Assembly: GCA_036555325.1 (NCBI GenBank)
Contig: DATBLQ010000038.1
Span: forward strand, 38,623-102,622
Source of the DNA: Aestuariivirgaceae bacterium
Lineage (GTDB): Bacteria; Pseudomonadota; Alphaproteobacteria; Rhizobiales; Aestuariivirgaceae
Reading direction: 5' to 3'
DNA length: 64,000 nt
The notes beneath the pieces are model-generated. The model had not been told where the DNA came from, searched no databases, and saw only the letters and a list, made by a program, of their open reading frames with translations. Within the stretch, counting starts at the first letter, position 1; each line of letters begins with the position of its first letter. A program made the position numbers and the translations under genes. Of the stretch, positions 1-9,055 are shown one piece after another.

Positions 1-1
1 G

Positions 2-160
2 GAAGTCGACGTGGTTATGGAGCATGCGAAGCGCGCGGGCGCAAAAATCGTCAAACCTGCTCAGGATACGTTCTGGGGAGGCTATGCCGGCTACTTCAAG
101 GACCCCGATGATCATCTGTGGGAGATCGCCTGGAATCCGGCGGCGATTCCAGAGGACTAG
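2..160 (+). CDS. VOC/glyoxalase family protein, C-terminal fragment (5' end outside window)
   Basis: Frame open from the window edge to TAG 158-160. Translation ...AKIVKPAQDTFWGGYAGYFKDPDDHLWEIAWNPAAIPED carries the typical C-terminal GYFxDPDxHxWEI motif of glyoxalase/bleomycin-resistance proteins. Confidence 0.6.
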   Translation, partial: EVDVVMEHAKRAGAKIVKPAQDTFWGGYAGYFKDPDDHLWEIAWNPAAIPED

Positions 161-187
161 GTGAAGCGGTCTGGCGAATGTCGCCGT

Positions 188-1183
188 TCATTTGGTCATC
201 GACTTCGATCGCTTCGACCGCGAAAGGGATGGATTCTGCGCCAGTAGTTTAAGCTCCTCCATCGAAACATCGACTGTCGCAGCAGAGGGTGCCGGGAAAC
301 CATGATCAGAGACCTCGGACATGATCCATTCTCGGAAGTGCCTGACCTTGGGCCGCTTCAACGCTTCCGGCGGATAGACCAAATAGTAGGCGAGCCCAGC
401 AGATAAGCGGAATTCAAACGGCCGAACGAGGCGGCCTGCTGCAATGTCATCGTCGACAAGCGAACTGCGGCCCAGCGCGACCCCTTCGCCTTGCACGGCG
501 GCTTGGACGACATGTTCGGAGGCATAGAAGCTCGGTCCCCGGTGGGCGTCTACTCCTTCCACCCCAGCCATTTTCAGCCACATCGTCCAATCGATGGGGA
601 AATCATCATGGATGAGCGTGTGAAACTTGAGATCGGCAGGAGTGCGCAACGGATGTGGCCCTTCAAGCAGGGACGGGCTGCAGACCGGAGAAATGTCTTC
701 CTGCATGAGCAATTCGGTTTTGACGCCGGGATATTGTCCCCGACCGTATCTAATGGCGATCTCGATTCCGTCACTCACGAAATCGGCCAATTTGTCGGAG
801 GTGGAGAGCCTTATGTCAATATCGCCGTGCGCATGCCGGAACTTGAACAGCCGGGGCACGAGCCATTTGGACGCAAATGCGTCGAGAGTGCTTACCGTGA
901 GGACCGAGGACTGTTGTCCACTCGTCGCAAGGGTCGCTGCCGCCAGTTGGTCAAGAGACTGTCGCACCTCCGCAGCATAGGAGGCACCGATTGGCGTCAG
1001 ACTGACCGAGCGGGTTTTGCGCACAAAAAGCTGCACGCCGAGATGCGTTTCGAGATGACGAATTGCGCGGCTCACCGCACCATGGGTCACGTTCAGCTCT
1101 TCTGCGGCCTTGGAGAAACTCAAGTGACGGGCAGCCGCTTCAAAGCTTGGCAGTGAATTCAATGGAGGCAGCCGTCGTGGCAT
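188..1183 (-). CDS. LysR-family transcriptional regulator (GcvA-like)
   Basis: N-terminal wHTH LPPLNSLPSFEAAARHLSFSKAAEELNVTHGAVSRAIRHLE followed by a LysR substrate-binding domain. The track ORF starts at 1195, but the ATG at 1183 has GAGG 4 nt upstream, so the start is uncertain. Confidence 0.9.
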   Translation of the reverse strand: MPRRLPPLNSLPSFEAAARHLSFSKAAEELNVTHGAVSRAIRHLETHLGVQLFVRKTRSVSLTPIGASYAAEVRQSLDQLAAATLATSGQQSSVLTVSTLDAFASKWLVPRLFKFRHAHGDIDIRLSTSDKLADFVSDGIEIAIRYGRGQYPGVKTELLMQEDISPVCSPSLLEGPHPLRTPADLKFHTLIHDDFPIDWTMWLKMAGVEGVDAHRGPSFYASEHVVQAAVQGEGVALGRSSLVDDDIAAGRLVRPFEFRLSAGLAYYLVYPPEALKRPKVRHFREWIMSEVSDHGFPAPSAATVDVSMEELKLLAQNPSLSRSKRSKSMTK

Positions 1184-1391
1184 CTGACCTCGCATGAGTG
1201 ACAGGTTCTCACATATAGCAAGCCCACTGACCGGTTGTCATCAGTGGCGGAGGGAGTCACTATCTCCGAGGCAATAGATGGAATCTGAACAACAGCTGAG
1301 CGGGCCATTCATCGGCGGTCATGACCAGCCATGCAATAGGCAATTCTTTGAAAATGAATACCAAGATCGAGGCAAGTGAGGAGATGATGCG

Positions 1392-3026
1392 ATGAACAAG
1401 AGTTGGAAATATGCCGCAGCGGCGGCGCTCATCCTTGGTGTGACTCCAGTTAAGGCTCAATCCCCGGTAATGCTGTTCGAGGGACTGGGTGATCATCATC
1501 ATCCCATTTCGACCACCAGCACCGAGGCGCAGAAATTCTTCGACCAGGGTCTTATCCTGACCTTCGGGTTCAATCACGCCGAAGCAATCCGCTCCTTCGA
1601 GAAGGCGCATGAGCTGGATCCCAAATCCCCCATGCCGCTGTGGGGAAAGGCGCTGGCGCTTGGACCGAACTACAATATCGATGTGGACGCGGCGAGAGAA
1701 AAGCTTGCCCATGAAACGATCGAGGCGGCCCGCAAGCTTGCGCTCAATGCACCCGAGGGTGAGCGTGCCTATGTCGATGCGCTGGCAGTGCGCTATAGCG
1801 GCAAAGAAAACCCAGATCTCAAGCAACTGGCGCGCGACTATGCAGAGGCGATGGGCGAGTTGTCACGTCGCTTTCCCGACGATCTCGATGCCGCGACACT
1901 CTATGCCGAAAGCCTGATGAACCTGAAGCCATGGCAGTTGTGGAGTCTCGATCATCAGCCAGCCGAGGAGACGGCGCAAATCGTCAGCACTCTTGAATCG
2001 GTCCTGGCCCGGGATCCAAACCATCCAGGAGCCAACCATCTCTACATTCACGCGGTCGAGGCGTCGGCGCACCCGGAATGGGCGTTGCCATCGGCGCAGC
2101 GGCTGGGGTCCATATCACCGGCCGCAGGGCATCTCGTGCATATGCCATCGCACATCTACATGCTGGTTGGAGATTATGAAGCGGCTGCGACCAGCAACAA
2201 GATCGCGTCCCACATGGATCATAATTACATCGAAAAGGAACAGGTGAAGGGCGTCTATCCGATGCTCTACTACCACCACAATCTGCACTTTAACGCTGCG
2301 GCCAATATCATGCTGGGGCGTCATGGTGAGGCAAAGGAGGCAGCCAAACAACTTACCGAGAGTGTCGAAAAGCATGCCGCGGATGTGCCTGATATGCAGA
2401 TCTACATCACCGAGTATTTCGGACCCTATCCGCTCTTCGTGGCTTTGCGCTTCGAAGACTGGCCGACGTTGCTTGCAACACCCCAGCCGGCGAGCAATCT
2501 GCCGGTTTCAAATGGGTTGTGGCACTACGCGCGAGGAGTGGCGTTCGTTCAAACCGGAGACCTGGCAAAAGCAGGGGAGCATCGCGCCGATTTGGCGAAG
2601 GCTATCGAAACTTTGCCGGAGGGCAGTCTTTACGGGCTGAATGCCGGCTCGGACATTCTGCAAATCGGTCTCTCGGTTCTCGATGGCCGCATAGCAGCTG
2701 CCAAAGGCGATCGCAAAGCCGCTGTCCAACATCTGGAGGCGGCTGTGACGGTGCAAGACAAGATCGCCTACAACGAGCCTGCGGACTGGTACTATCCGGT
2801 GCGCGAGACGCTTGGCGCAACGTTGCTGCTCGATGGTCAGGCTGAGAAGGCGGAGGAGGTATTCCGTGCCGATCTCATGAAGACCAGACGCAACGCCCGC
2901 TCGCTGTTCGGCCTCTGGCACTCGCTGGTGGCTCAAGGCAAGACAACAGACGCGGAGCTCGTGCGCAGTCAGTTCGAGAAGGAATGGCGCCATAGCGAGA
3001 TCGAGCTGAAGCGGGAAACGATGTAG
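1392..3026 (+). CDS. Secreted TPR-like repeat protein, function unknown
   Basis: 544-aa ORF with GAGGAG upstream. It has a signal peptide (MNKSWKYAAAAALILGVTPVKAQ) and helical-repeat-like sequence. It is divergent from the LysR gene. Confidence 0.75.
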   Translation: MNKSWKYAAAAALILGVTPVKAQSPVMLFEGLGDHHHPISTTSTEAQKFFDQGLILTFGFNHAEAIRSFEKAHELDPKSPMPLWGKALALGPNYNIDVDAAREKLAHETIEAARKLALNAPEGERAYVDALAVRYSGKENPDLKQLARDYAEAMGELSRRFPDDLDAATLYAESLMNLKPWQLWSLDHQPAEETAQIVSTLESVLARDPNHPGANHLYIHAVEASAHPEWALPSAQRLGSISPAAGHLVHMPSHIYMLVGDYEAAATSNKIASHMDHNYIEKEQVKGVYPMLYYHHNLHFNAAANIMLGRHGEAKEAAKQLTESVEKHAADVPDMQIYITEYFGPYPLFVALRFEDWPTLLATPQPASNLPVSNGLWHYARGVAFVQTGDLAKAGEHRADLAKAIETLPEGSLYGLNAGSDILQIGLSVLDGRIAAAKGDRKAAVQHLEAAVTVQDKIAYNEPADWYYPVRETLGATLLLDGQAEKAEEVFRADLMKTRRNARSLFGLWHSLVAQGKTTDAELVRSQFEKEWRHSEIELKRETM

Positions 3027-3123
3027 TTCATTCGCTCGGGCTCTCCCGTGTACAAGTGCTTGCAGGCGGCGAAACCGCAGGCATAATCGGCGTTGCCAAT
3101 GGGGCGGCTCGAGCGAAGAACTG

Positions 3124-4134
3124 TTGTTGACTGATGAGGCGGTTGTGACTGGCGGACTGGGACCGGGGGCGCTCATAGCGATAACGGGAGCAACCGGCTT
3201 CATCGGCCGGCACCTTCTTCGCGAATTGCCGAAGCGCGGGTATCGTTGTCGCGTCCTGTTGCGCCGTCCCATTGAAATGCAGCTCGATTGCGCCAGTGCC
3301 GTGATCGGCGATCTTTCGCGCCCACAGAATTTGTCGGCGGCGCTCGAGGGAATCGACGCCGTCGTCCATTCAGCTGGCGCGCCGCCCGGCGTATCGGGAA
3401 TTCCGGAAGCCGATCATCGACTCCTTGACGTGGAGGGAACGAGACAGCTGGCGCGCGCAGCGCAGCGTGCGCGGGCGAAACGGTTCATCTTTCTCTCCTC
3501 CATTCGGGCGCAGTGCGGCCCGATGACCGATGACATCATCACTGAAAAAATGACACCGGCTCCGACCGACACCTATGGGAAATCGAAACTGGAAGCCGAA
3601 CAGGGCCTGGCGGAGCTTGAACTCGACTGGGTGGCATTGCGGCCGGTCCTGGTTTATGGGCCAGGCATGAAAGGCAACTTCGCAACGCTCGTGAACCTGG
3701 CTCGTTCCCCCTATCCATTACCATTTGGCGCCTTGAAGGCTAGGCGATCGCTTCTGTCGCTGGATAACTTGGCCGAAGCAGTGGCAAGCGTTCTTTCCAC
3801 TCAAGTGGTGCTTCGCCGACCACTGATCGTTGCCGATCCAGACGCGCTGACAGTCTCCGACATGGTCTCCGCAATGCGCGAGGGGTTGGGTCGAAGACCG
3901 GGAATAATCACGGTGCCTGCGCCAATCCTGAAGCTGGCGCTTAAGGCCGCGGGCCGGGGGGAGTGGTATGATCGCCTAGCGGGTCCGCTGGTTGTCGATC
4001 CCGCCGCTCTACGCGGAATTGGCTGGACTCCGAAATTTTCTACCCGGGAAGGACTTCGGAGGCTGATCACTGATAGTGTCCAGTCAGATGCAATGACGCA
4101 TTCATCCAATATCCACAGAGAAAAGATTGTTTAA
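3124..4134 (+). CDS. NAD-dependent epimerase/dehydratase (extended SDR)
   Basis: Rossmann motif ITGATGFIGRHL and an YGKSK catalytic motif. The start is uncertain (TTG 3124 or in-frame GTG 3145). Confidence 0.85.
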   Translation: MLTDEAVVTGGLGPGALIAITGATGFIGRHLLRELPKRGYRCRVLLRRPIEMQLDCASAVIGDLSRPQNLSAALEGIDAVVHSAGAPPGVSGIPEADHRLLDVEGTRQLARAAQRARAKRFIFLSSIRAQCGPMTDDIITEKMTPAPTDTYGKSKLEAEQGLAELELDWVALRPVLVYGPGMKGNFATLVNLARSPYPLPFGALKARRSLLSLDNLAEAVASVLSTQVVLRRPLIVADPDALTVSDMVSAMREGLGRRPGIITVPAPILKLALKAAGRGEWYDRLAGPLVVDPAALRGIGWTPKFSTREGLRRLITDSVQSDAMTHSSNIHREKIV

Positions 4135-4136
4135 GC

Positions 4137-5927
4137 ATGCTGAAGACCTGGTTTGAGTCGGCTGCGCGACTAATCGACGTGGCAGTCGGAAGAACACCGG
4201 CAGATACCGTCATTCGCAATGGCCGGTGGGTAAATGTTCATTCGGGCGAAATCATTCCGCGCACCGACGTCGCAATAGCGGACGGGAGGTTCGCGGTCAT
4301 CGATTCTGATGCTTCGCGCTGCGTAGGGGGATCGACGCAAGTGATCGATGCTGCCGGACGCTATCTCGTACCCGGTTTGTGCGATGGCCACATGCACGTC
4401 GAAAGCGGAATGGTGACAGTAAGTGAATTTGCGCGGGCGGTGATTCCACATGGTACGACGACGATGTTCATCGACCCACATGAAATCGCCAATGTGCTGG
4501 GGCTTCCGGGCGTCAAGCTCATGCACGATGAGGCAGAAAAGCTTCCGATAAACGTCATGGTGCAAATGCCCAGTTGCGTTCCCAGCGCACCGGGCCTGGA
4601 AAATTCGGCCGCAGTGCTCGGCGTGGAAGACGTAAAGCAAGCGATGAACTGGCCCAACATCATCGGGCTCGGAGAGGTAATGAATTTTCCCGGCGTGGCT
4701 GGCAAGGACGAGCGGATGCTGGGTGAAATTGCCGCAACTCAGTTCGCAGGCAAAACGGTGGGAGGTCATTACGCTTCGCCCGATCTTGGTGCGCTGTTCC
4801 ACGGCTATGTCGCGGGTGGACCGGCAGACGATCATGAAGGGACACGGGTCGAGGACGCGATCGCCCGCGTGCGTCAGGGCATGCGCGCAATGCTGCGGCT
4901 CGGCTCGGCCTGGTATGATGTCGCTGAGCAGATAAAGGCCATCACCGAAAGGGGGCTCGATCCGCGCAATTTCATTCTTTGTACGGATGACAGCCATTCC
5001 GGAACGCTGGTTTATGAAGGCCATATGAATCGCGTTGTCCGCCACGCCATCGCTCAAGGCGTCAAACCCGTTGTGGCCATTCAAATGGCGAGCCTGAATA
5101 CGGCGCAACATTTCGGACTGGAGAGGGAACTCGGCTCGATCACGCCCGGGCGGCGAGGCGATCTGATCATAAGCTCCGATCTCGTGACACTGCCAATTGA
5201 GATGGTGATCGCGCGAGGGCGAGTTGTCGCGGAGAACGGCAGGCTAACGACCACCATTCCGGCCTACGCGTATCCGCCGGAGGCTCGGACCACCGTCAAA
5301 CTAGGCCGCAAGCTGAGGGCGGAGGATTTCGATATTTCGGCGCCGAAAGGGGCTCGTGAGGTGACCGCACGGGTGATCGGGGTCATCGAAAATCAAGCGC
5401 CGACGAGGGCGCTTGAACGAAAACTACGCGTCAGCGGAAGTGTGGTGGAGATGGACCGGCAGGGTGATGTTTGCCAAATTGCGTTGGTTGAACGGCATCG
5501 AGCCACCGGTAAGGTCACCAACGGGTTCGTCTCCGGCTTCGGCTATGACACCGATTGCGCGGTGGCGAGCACGGTTGCGCATGACAGTCATCACATGATC
5601 GTCGTTGGGACCGACAAGGCAGATATGGCGTACGCCGCCAACAAGCTCGCGGAAGTGGGCGGCGGGATCGTGGTGGTGAGCCTAGGCAAGGTTCTGGCCC
5701 TTGTGGAACTTCCAATCGCAGGGCTCATGTCAGACGAACCCGCCGAAGCGGTGGCGGCAAAGGCAAGCCAGATGGTCGAAGCCATGCGTCGGTGCGGCTG
5801 CAGGATGAACAACGCATACATGCAACATTCGCTGCTGGCGCTCGTGGTCATCCCCGAATTGCGCATCTCGGACGTCGGTCTCATCGATGTCAGGCGCTTC
5901 AAGAAAACGGATTTGTTCGTTACCTAA
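4137..5927 (+). CDS. ade: Adenine deaminase (amidohydrolase superfamily)
   Basis: 596 aa. Metal-binding motif LVPGLCDGHMHVESG plus HGTTTMFIDPHEIANV and the C-terminal adenine-deaminase domain (VAHDSHHMIVVG). ATG lies 2 nt after the upstream stop. Confidence 0.85.
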   Translation: MLKTWFESAARLIDVAVGRTPADTVIRNGRWVNVHSGEIIPRTDVAIADGRFAVIDSDASRCVGGSTQVIDAAGRYLVPGLCDGHMHVESGMVTVSEFARAVIPHGTTTMFIDPHEIANVLGLPGVKLMHDEAEKLPINVMVQMPSCVPSAPGLENSAAVLGVEDVKQAMNWPNIIGLGEVMNFPGVAGKDERMLGEIAATQFAGKTVGGHYASPDLGALFHGYVAGGPADDHEGTRVEDAIARVRQGMRAMLRLGSAWYDVAEQIKAITERGLDPRNFILCTDDSHSGTLVYEGHMNRVVRHAIAQGVKPVVAIQMASLNTAQHFGLERELGSITPGRRGDLIISSDLVTLPIEMVIARGRVVAENGRLTTTIPAYAYPPEARTTVKLGRKLRAEDFDISAPKGAREVTARVIGVIENQAPTRALERKLRVSGSVVEMDRQGDVCQIALVERHRATGKVTNGFVSGFGYDTDCAVASTVAHDSHHMIVVGTDKADMAYAANKLAEVGGGIVVVSLGKVLALVELPIAGLMSDEPAEAVAAKASQMVEAMRRCGCRMNNAYMQHSLLALVVIPELRISDVGLIDVRRFKKTDLFVT

Positions 5928-6072
5928 AGTCCGCCTCATTTCATCTGTGATCCCAAGGAGGACCTGATTGGCATCTTGATGACGCAGCGGGTGTGGGATT
6001 CACCCGTTGCTCCCGCGGTTCAGGCCGACTTCTGGACTTCAACCTACCAGACGATCGATGATTGAGAGGAGG

Positions 6073-6148
6073 TGGTGACCCCGGCAGGATTTGAACCCAC
6101 AACCCTCTGGTCCGAAGCCAGATGCTCTATCCGTTGAGCTACGGGGCC
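6073..6148 (-). tRNA. tRNA-Arg, anticodon UCG, CCA encoded
   Basis: The reverse complement GGCCCCGTAGCTCAACGGATAGAGCATCTGGCTTCGGACCAGAGGGTTGTGGGTTCAAATCCTGCCGGGGTCACCA folds by hand as a 76-nt cloverleaf. Stems are 7/4/5/5 bp, the anticodon loop is CTTCGGA, A20 and A73 fit Arg identity, and the T-loop is TTCAAAT. Confidence 0.9.
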
Positions 6149-6297
6149 TTGAGTGAGGCTGGAATGACTGTTCATCCCCCGGGAGAATTGTCTTGCCCGG
6201 AATTGCCGTCATACCCTTTATACCAGGACGCAGCAACTGGATTGCGGCGATAGAGGTCTCTGGGGTGCTGGTTCTGCGGAATAAGTCCGGCTCTTGA

Positions 6298-7539
6298 ATG
6301 ATCAAGCGAGGCGAGTGCGACTGTTGCATCGTCGGCGGGGGTCCCGCCGGTCTCATGCTGGGACTGTTGCTAGCGCGCGCCGGATGCTCGGTCAGCGTGC
6401 TTGAGAAACACGCCGATTTCCTGCGCGACTTCCGTGGCGATACGATCCATCCCTCAACGATGGAAGTCATGTACGAGCTTGGCCTGCTCGAACGGTTCAA
6501 ACAACTTCCGCAGCAAAAAGTCACTACACTCGCCGGCATGTTCGGCACCGAGCGAATCCAGATTGCAGACTTTTCGCATTTGCCAGTGCAGGCTCCCTAC
6601 ATCTCGCTCATGCCGCAATGGGATTTTTTAAATTTTCTGGCGCGTGAGGCACAGCGCTATTCCAAGTTTGAGTTGCACATGCAACAGGAAGCGACGGGTC
6701 TCATCGAGCACGACGGTGTTGTCAAAGGCGTGCGCGTTCAAACAGGCGACGGGGAGAGCGAGGTGCTGGCGCGACTCACCGTTGCCGCGGATGGACGGAG
6801 TTCGAGGATGCGCGAGCTCGCCGGGCTCAAGGTTCGAAATCTCGGCGCACCAATGGATGTGTTGTGGTTCCGACTCACTCGACTTGCGGAGGATCCGGAG
6901 GAAACCTTCGGACGGTTCGAGGCAGGCGGAATCATCGTCATGCTCAACCGCGGCACGTATTGGCAATGTGCCTTTGTTATTCCGAAGGCGGGACTTGATG
7001 CAATAAAAGAGGCAGGGCTGCCGGCATTTCGCAAGACTCTCGAACGGCTTCTTTGCCTGCCCGCCGATCGAGTTTCAGAGATCACCTCTTGGGATCAGAT
7101 CAAACTTCTCACTGTATTGGTTGATCGGCTGGAAAATTGGTCGAAGCCCGGGCTGCTGTGCATCGGAGATGCCGCTCATGCGATGTCGCCGATTGGCGGG
7201 GTTGGCATCAATCTGGCGGTGCAAGACGCCGTGGCGGCGGCAAATTTGCTCGCCGGGCCGCTGAGGAAGAGCAGTTTCGACCAAGATTTGCTCCGACGTG
7301 TGCAAGAGCGGCGCGAATGGCCAACACGGGTTACGCAACGACTGCAGCTCTTGATCCAAAACAACGTCATCGTTCCCATGCTGGAGGCGAGGCAGCAACG
7401 TCGGCCGCCGTTGTTTGTCCGGTTACTGGCGCGCTCGCCCTGGCTTCGCCGCCTTCCTGCGCGGTTTATCGGCCTGGGTGTGCGACCGGAGCACGTGAAT
7501 CTTGAGATTCAGAACGCTGGCCGACGAGATATGCGCTGA
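6298..7539 (+). CDS. FAD-dependent monooxygenase/oxidoreductase (UbiH/PHBH-like)
   Basis: Dinucleotide fold CCIVGGGPAGLMLGLLLARAG and the later GDAAHAMSPIGGVGINLAVQDA motif typical of flavoprotein aromatic hydroxylases. Confidence 0.85.
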   Translation: MIKRGECDCCIVGGGPAGLMLGLLLARAGCSVSVLEKHADFLRDFRGDTIHPSTMEVMYELGLLERFKQLPQQKVTTLAGMFGTERIQIADFSHLPVQAPYISLMPQWDFLNFLAREAQRYSKFELHMQQEATGLIEHDGVVKGVRVQTGDGESEVLARLTVAADGRSSRMRELAGLKVRNLGAPMDVLWFRLTRLAEDPEETFGRFEAGGIIVMLNRGTYWQCAFVIPKAGLDAIKEAGLPAFRKTLERLLCLPADRVSEITSWDQIKLLTVLVDRLENWSKPGLLCIGDAAHAMSPIGGVGINLAVQDAVAAANLLAGPLRKSSFDQDLLRRVQERREWPTRVTQRLQLLIQNNVIVPMLEARQQRRPPLFVRLLARSPWLRRLPARFIGLGVRPEHVNLEIQNAGRRDMR

Positions 7540-7558
7540 ATAATAATTCGAATCGCGC

Positions 7559-8782
7559 CTATCCCACGACACCGGCTTTTCTTAGCTTCGCAATTTCCAT
7601 TTGGTTGAGACCGAGGATCGAGGCCAAGATTTCATCGGCATCGGCATTGAGCGATGGAGCCGGCCGCTCGTAAGTGATTGCCGTTTTGGAGAATCTAATT
7701 GGATTGGCGAGGCCCGGCGTCTTTACTCCGTCGTCCCGATACAGATCGAGTTGCATCCCTCGATGACGCACTTGCGGATCGGCGAAAACTTGATCGATGG
7801 AATTCATAGGTCCGCAGGGCACCGCCGCCGCTTCGAGCGCTTCAACCCATTCCTTGGTCGTTCGCCCAAGCATGGCAGGAGAGAGGAGGCTCACGAGAGC
7901 GTCACGATTTTCGACGCGTGTGCGATTGTTGAGAAATCGCGGATCGTCGGGAAGGCCCGGTAATTCTGCGATGCGACATAGCTCGCGGAACTGACGGTCG
8001 GTTCCGACTGCGAGGATGACATGACCATCCCGGGTGGCGAAGCTTTGATAGGGAACAATGTTAGGATGGGCGTTGCCGAGGCGGGGAGGCGGCCTGCCGC
8101 TCACCAAGTAATTCAACGCTTGATTGGCGAGCACGGCGACCTGTGTATCGAGCAGGGCCAGGTCGATGTGTTGCCCTTCGCCGGTTCGCTCACGGTGGAC
8201 AAGTGCAGCCAGTATGCCTGCAACCGCATAGAGGCCGGTGAACAAATCGGCAAACGCTACGCCGCATTTCACCGGCCCGCCACCGGGCTCCGTATCGGGC
8301 TTGCCGGTGATGCTCATGATTCCGCCCATCGCCTGAATTATGAAATCGTAACCCGCGCGCTGGGCGTAGGGGCCGTCCTGGCCAAAGCCGGTTACCGAAC
8401 AGTAGATTAATGACGGGTTCTGTCCTTTAACCGTCTGGTAATCGAGGCCGTATTTCTTAAGCCCACCCACCTTGAAGTTTTCTAGCAGGATGTCCGAGCG
8501 AGCCGCGATTTTTCTTATAAGATCCTGCCCTTCAGAAGCAGTGATATCTATGGCAAGAGATTTCTTGCCCCGGTTGGTCGACAAATAATAGGCCGCATCC
8601 CCTCGGGACCCATCGGCATTCGTAATAAAGGGCGGGCCCCAGCCGCGGGTATCGTCGCCTTCACCCGGACGCTCTATCTTAATCACTTCGGCCCCGAAAT
8701 CTGCGAGCATTTGACCCGCCCAGGGAGCAGCGAGCACCCGAGACAGGTCCAAAACCCGAATGTGACCCAATGGGCCAGGCAT
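7559..8782 (-). CDS. Family III CoA-transferase (CaiB/BaiF)
   Basis: N-terminus GHIRVLDLSRVLAAPWAGQMLADFGAEVIKIERPGEGDDTRGWGPP is the signature start of CaiB/BaiF transferases. 407 aa. Confidence 0.9.
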   Translation of the reverse strand: MPGPLGHIRVLDLSRVLAAPWAGQMLADFGAEVIKIERPGEGDDTRGWGPPFITNADGSRGDAAYYLSTNRGKKSLAIDITASEGQDLIRKIAARSDILLENFKVGGLKKYGLDYQTVKGQNPSLIYCSVTGFGQDGPYAQRAGYDFIIQAMGGIMSITGKPDTEPGGGPVKCGVAFADLFTGLYAVAGILAALVHRERTGEGQHIDLALLDTQVAVLANQALNYLVSGRPPPRLGNAHPNIVPYQSFATRDGHVILAVGTDRQFRELCRIAELPGLPDDPRFLNNRTRVENRDALVSLLSPAMLGRTTKEWVEALEAAAVPCGPMNSIDQVFADPQVRHRGMQLDLYRDDGVKTPGLANPIRFSKTAITYERPAPSLNADADEILASILGLNQMEIAKLRKAGVVG

Positions 8783-8928
8783 TTGTGCACTCCTTGTTCA
8801 AACCTTTGTCCGGGCTTCTATCGGTCCCATGGGCAAAGCGCAAACGCTTGCCCGCCCAGCATCGAGAGCGCAATTTGGGGTTGGGCTGGCCCGAAAGAAA
8901 GCGGGTCGGCCATTATCGCCATTGCCCG

Positions 8929-9002
8929 CTGTCATCGAAACGTCATACTATCCGCCCACCCAATCAGAAACTGGATGAAACCAGACGTCATAAACCTGTC
9001 GT
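8929..9002 (+). promoter_or_regulatory. Two Pho-box-like sites upstream of the ABC importer
   Basis: CTGTCAT-cgaa-ACGTCAT (8929-8946) and ACGTCAT-aaac-CTGTCGT (8985-9002). Each is a pair of 7-bp direct repeats with a 4-bp spacer, as in the PhoB consensus CTGTCAT-N4-CTGTCAT. The second box ends 53 nt before ATG 9056. Confidence 0.5.
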
Positions 9003-9055
9003 GCCAAGGTGAGACCTACCCTCGACCGGGGGCAAAACCGTATCCTCGGAGGAAT

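Noticed and set aside
491-1156. Long antisense or alternative-frame ORFs. Examples: 491..1156 +, 4170..5111 -, 9089..10030 -, 15128..15790 -, 16227..16895 +, 40266..40991 -, 53388..54119 -, 56399..57070 -, 62615..63292 -, 63235..63981 -
   Set aside because: These are typical shadow ORFs of GC-rich DNA. Each lies fully inside a gene with clear family motifs on the other strand or frame, lacks an SD, and has Arg/Pro/Gly/Ser-biased composition.
5985-6009. Hairpin CAGCGGGTG-tgggatt-CACCCGTTG after ade, and AACCGCC...GGCGGTT at 13325-13355, as terminators
   Set aside because: There is no U-tract on either strand, and the second has a 17-nt loop. They may be real structures, but the evidence is too weak to annotate.
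5928-6297. Possible genomic-island junction at tRNA-Arg
   Set aside because: No integrase on either side and no direct repeat of the tRNA 3' end seen nearby. The flanking genes (adenine deaminase, flavin monooxygenase) have the same GC-rich character as the rest. Track ORF 6039..6548 (-) runs through the tRNA and is spurious.
8711-9055. 115-codon N-terminal extension of the binding-protein ORF (track start 8711)
   Set aside because: It is a TTG start with no SD, it overlaps the divergent CoA-transferase gene and covers the Pho-box region. The twin-arginine leader begins right after ATG 9056, which has GGAGGA upstream.
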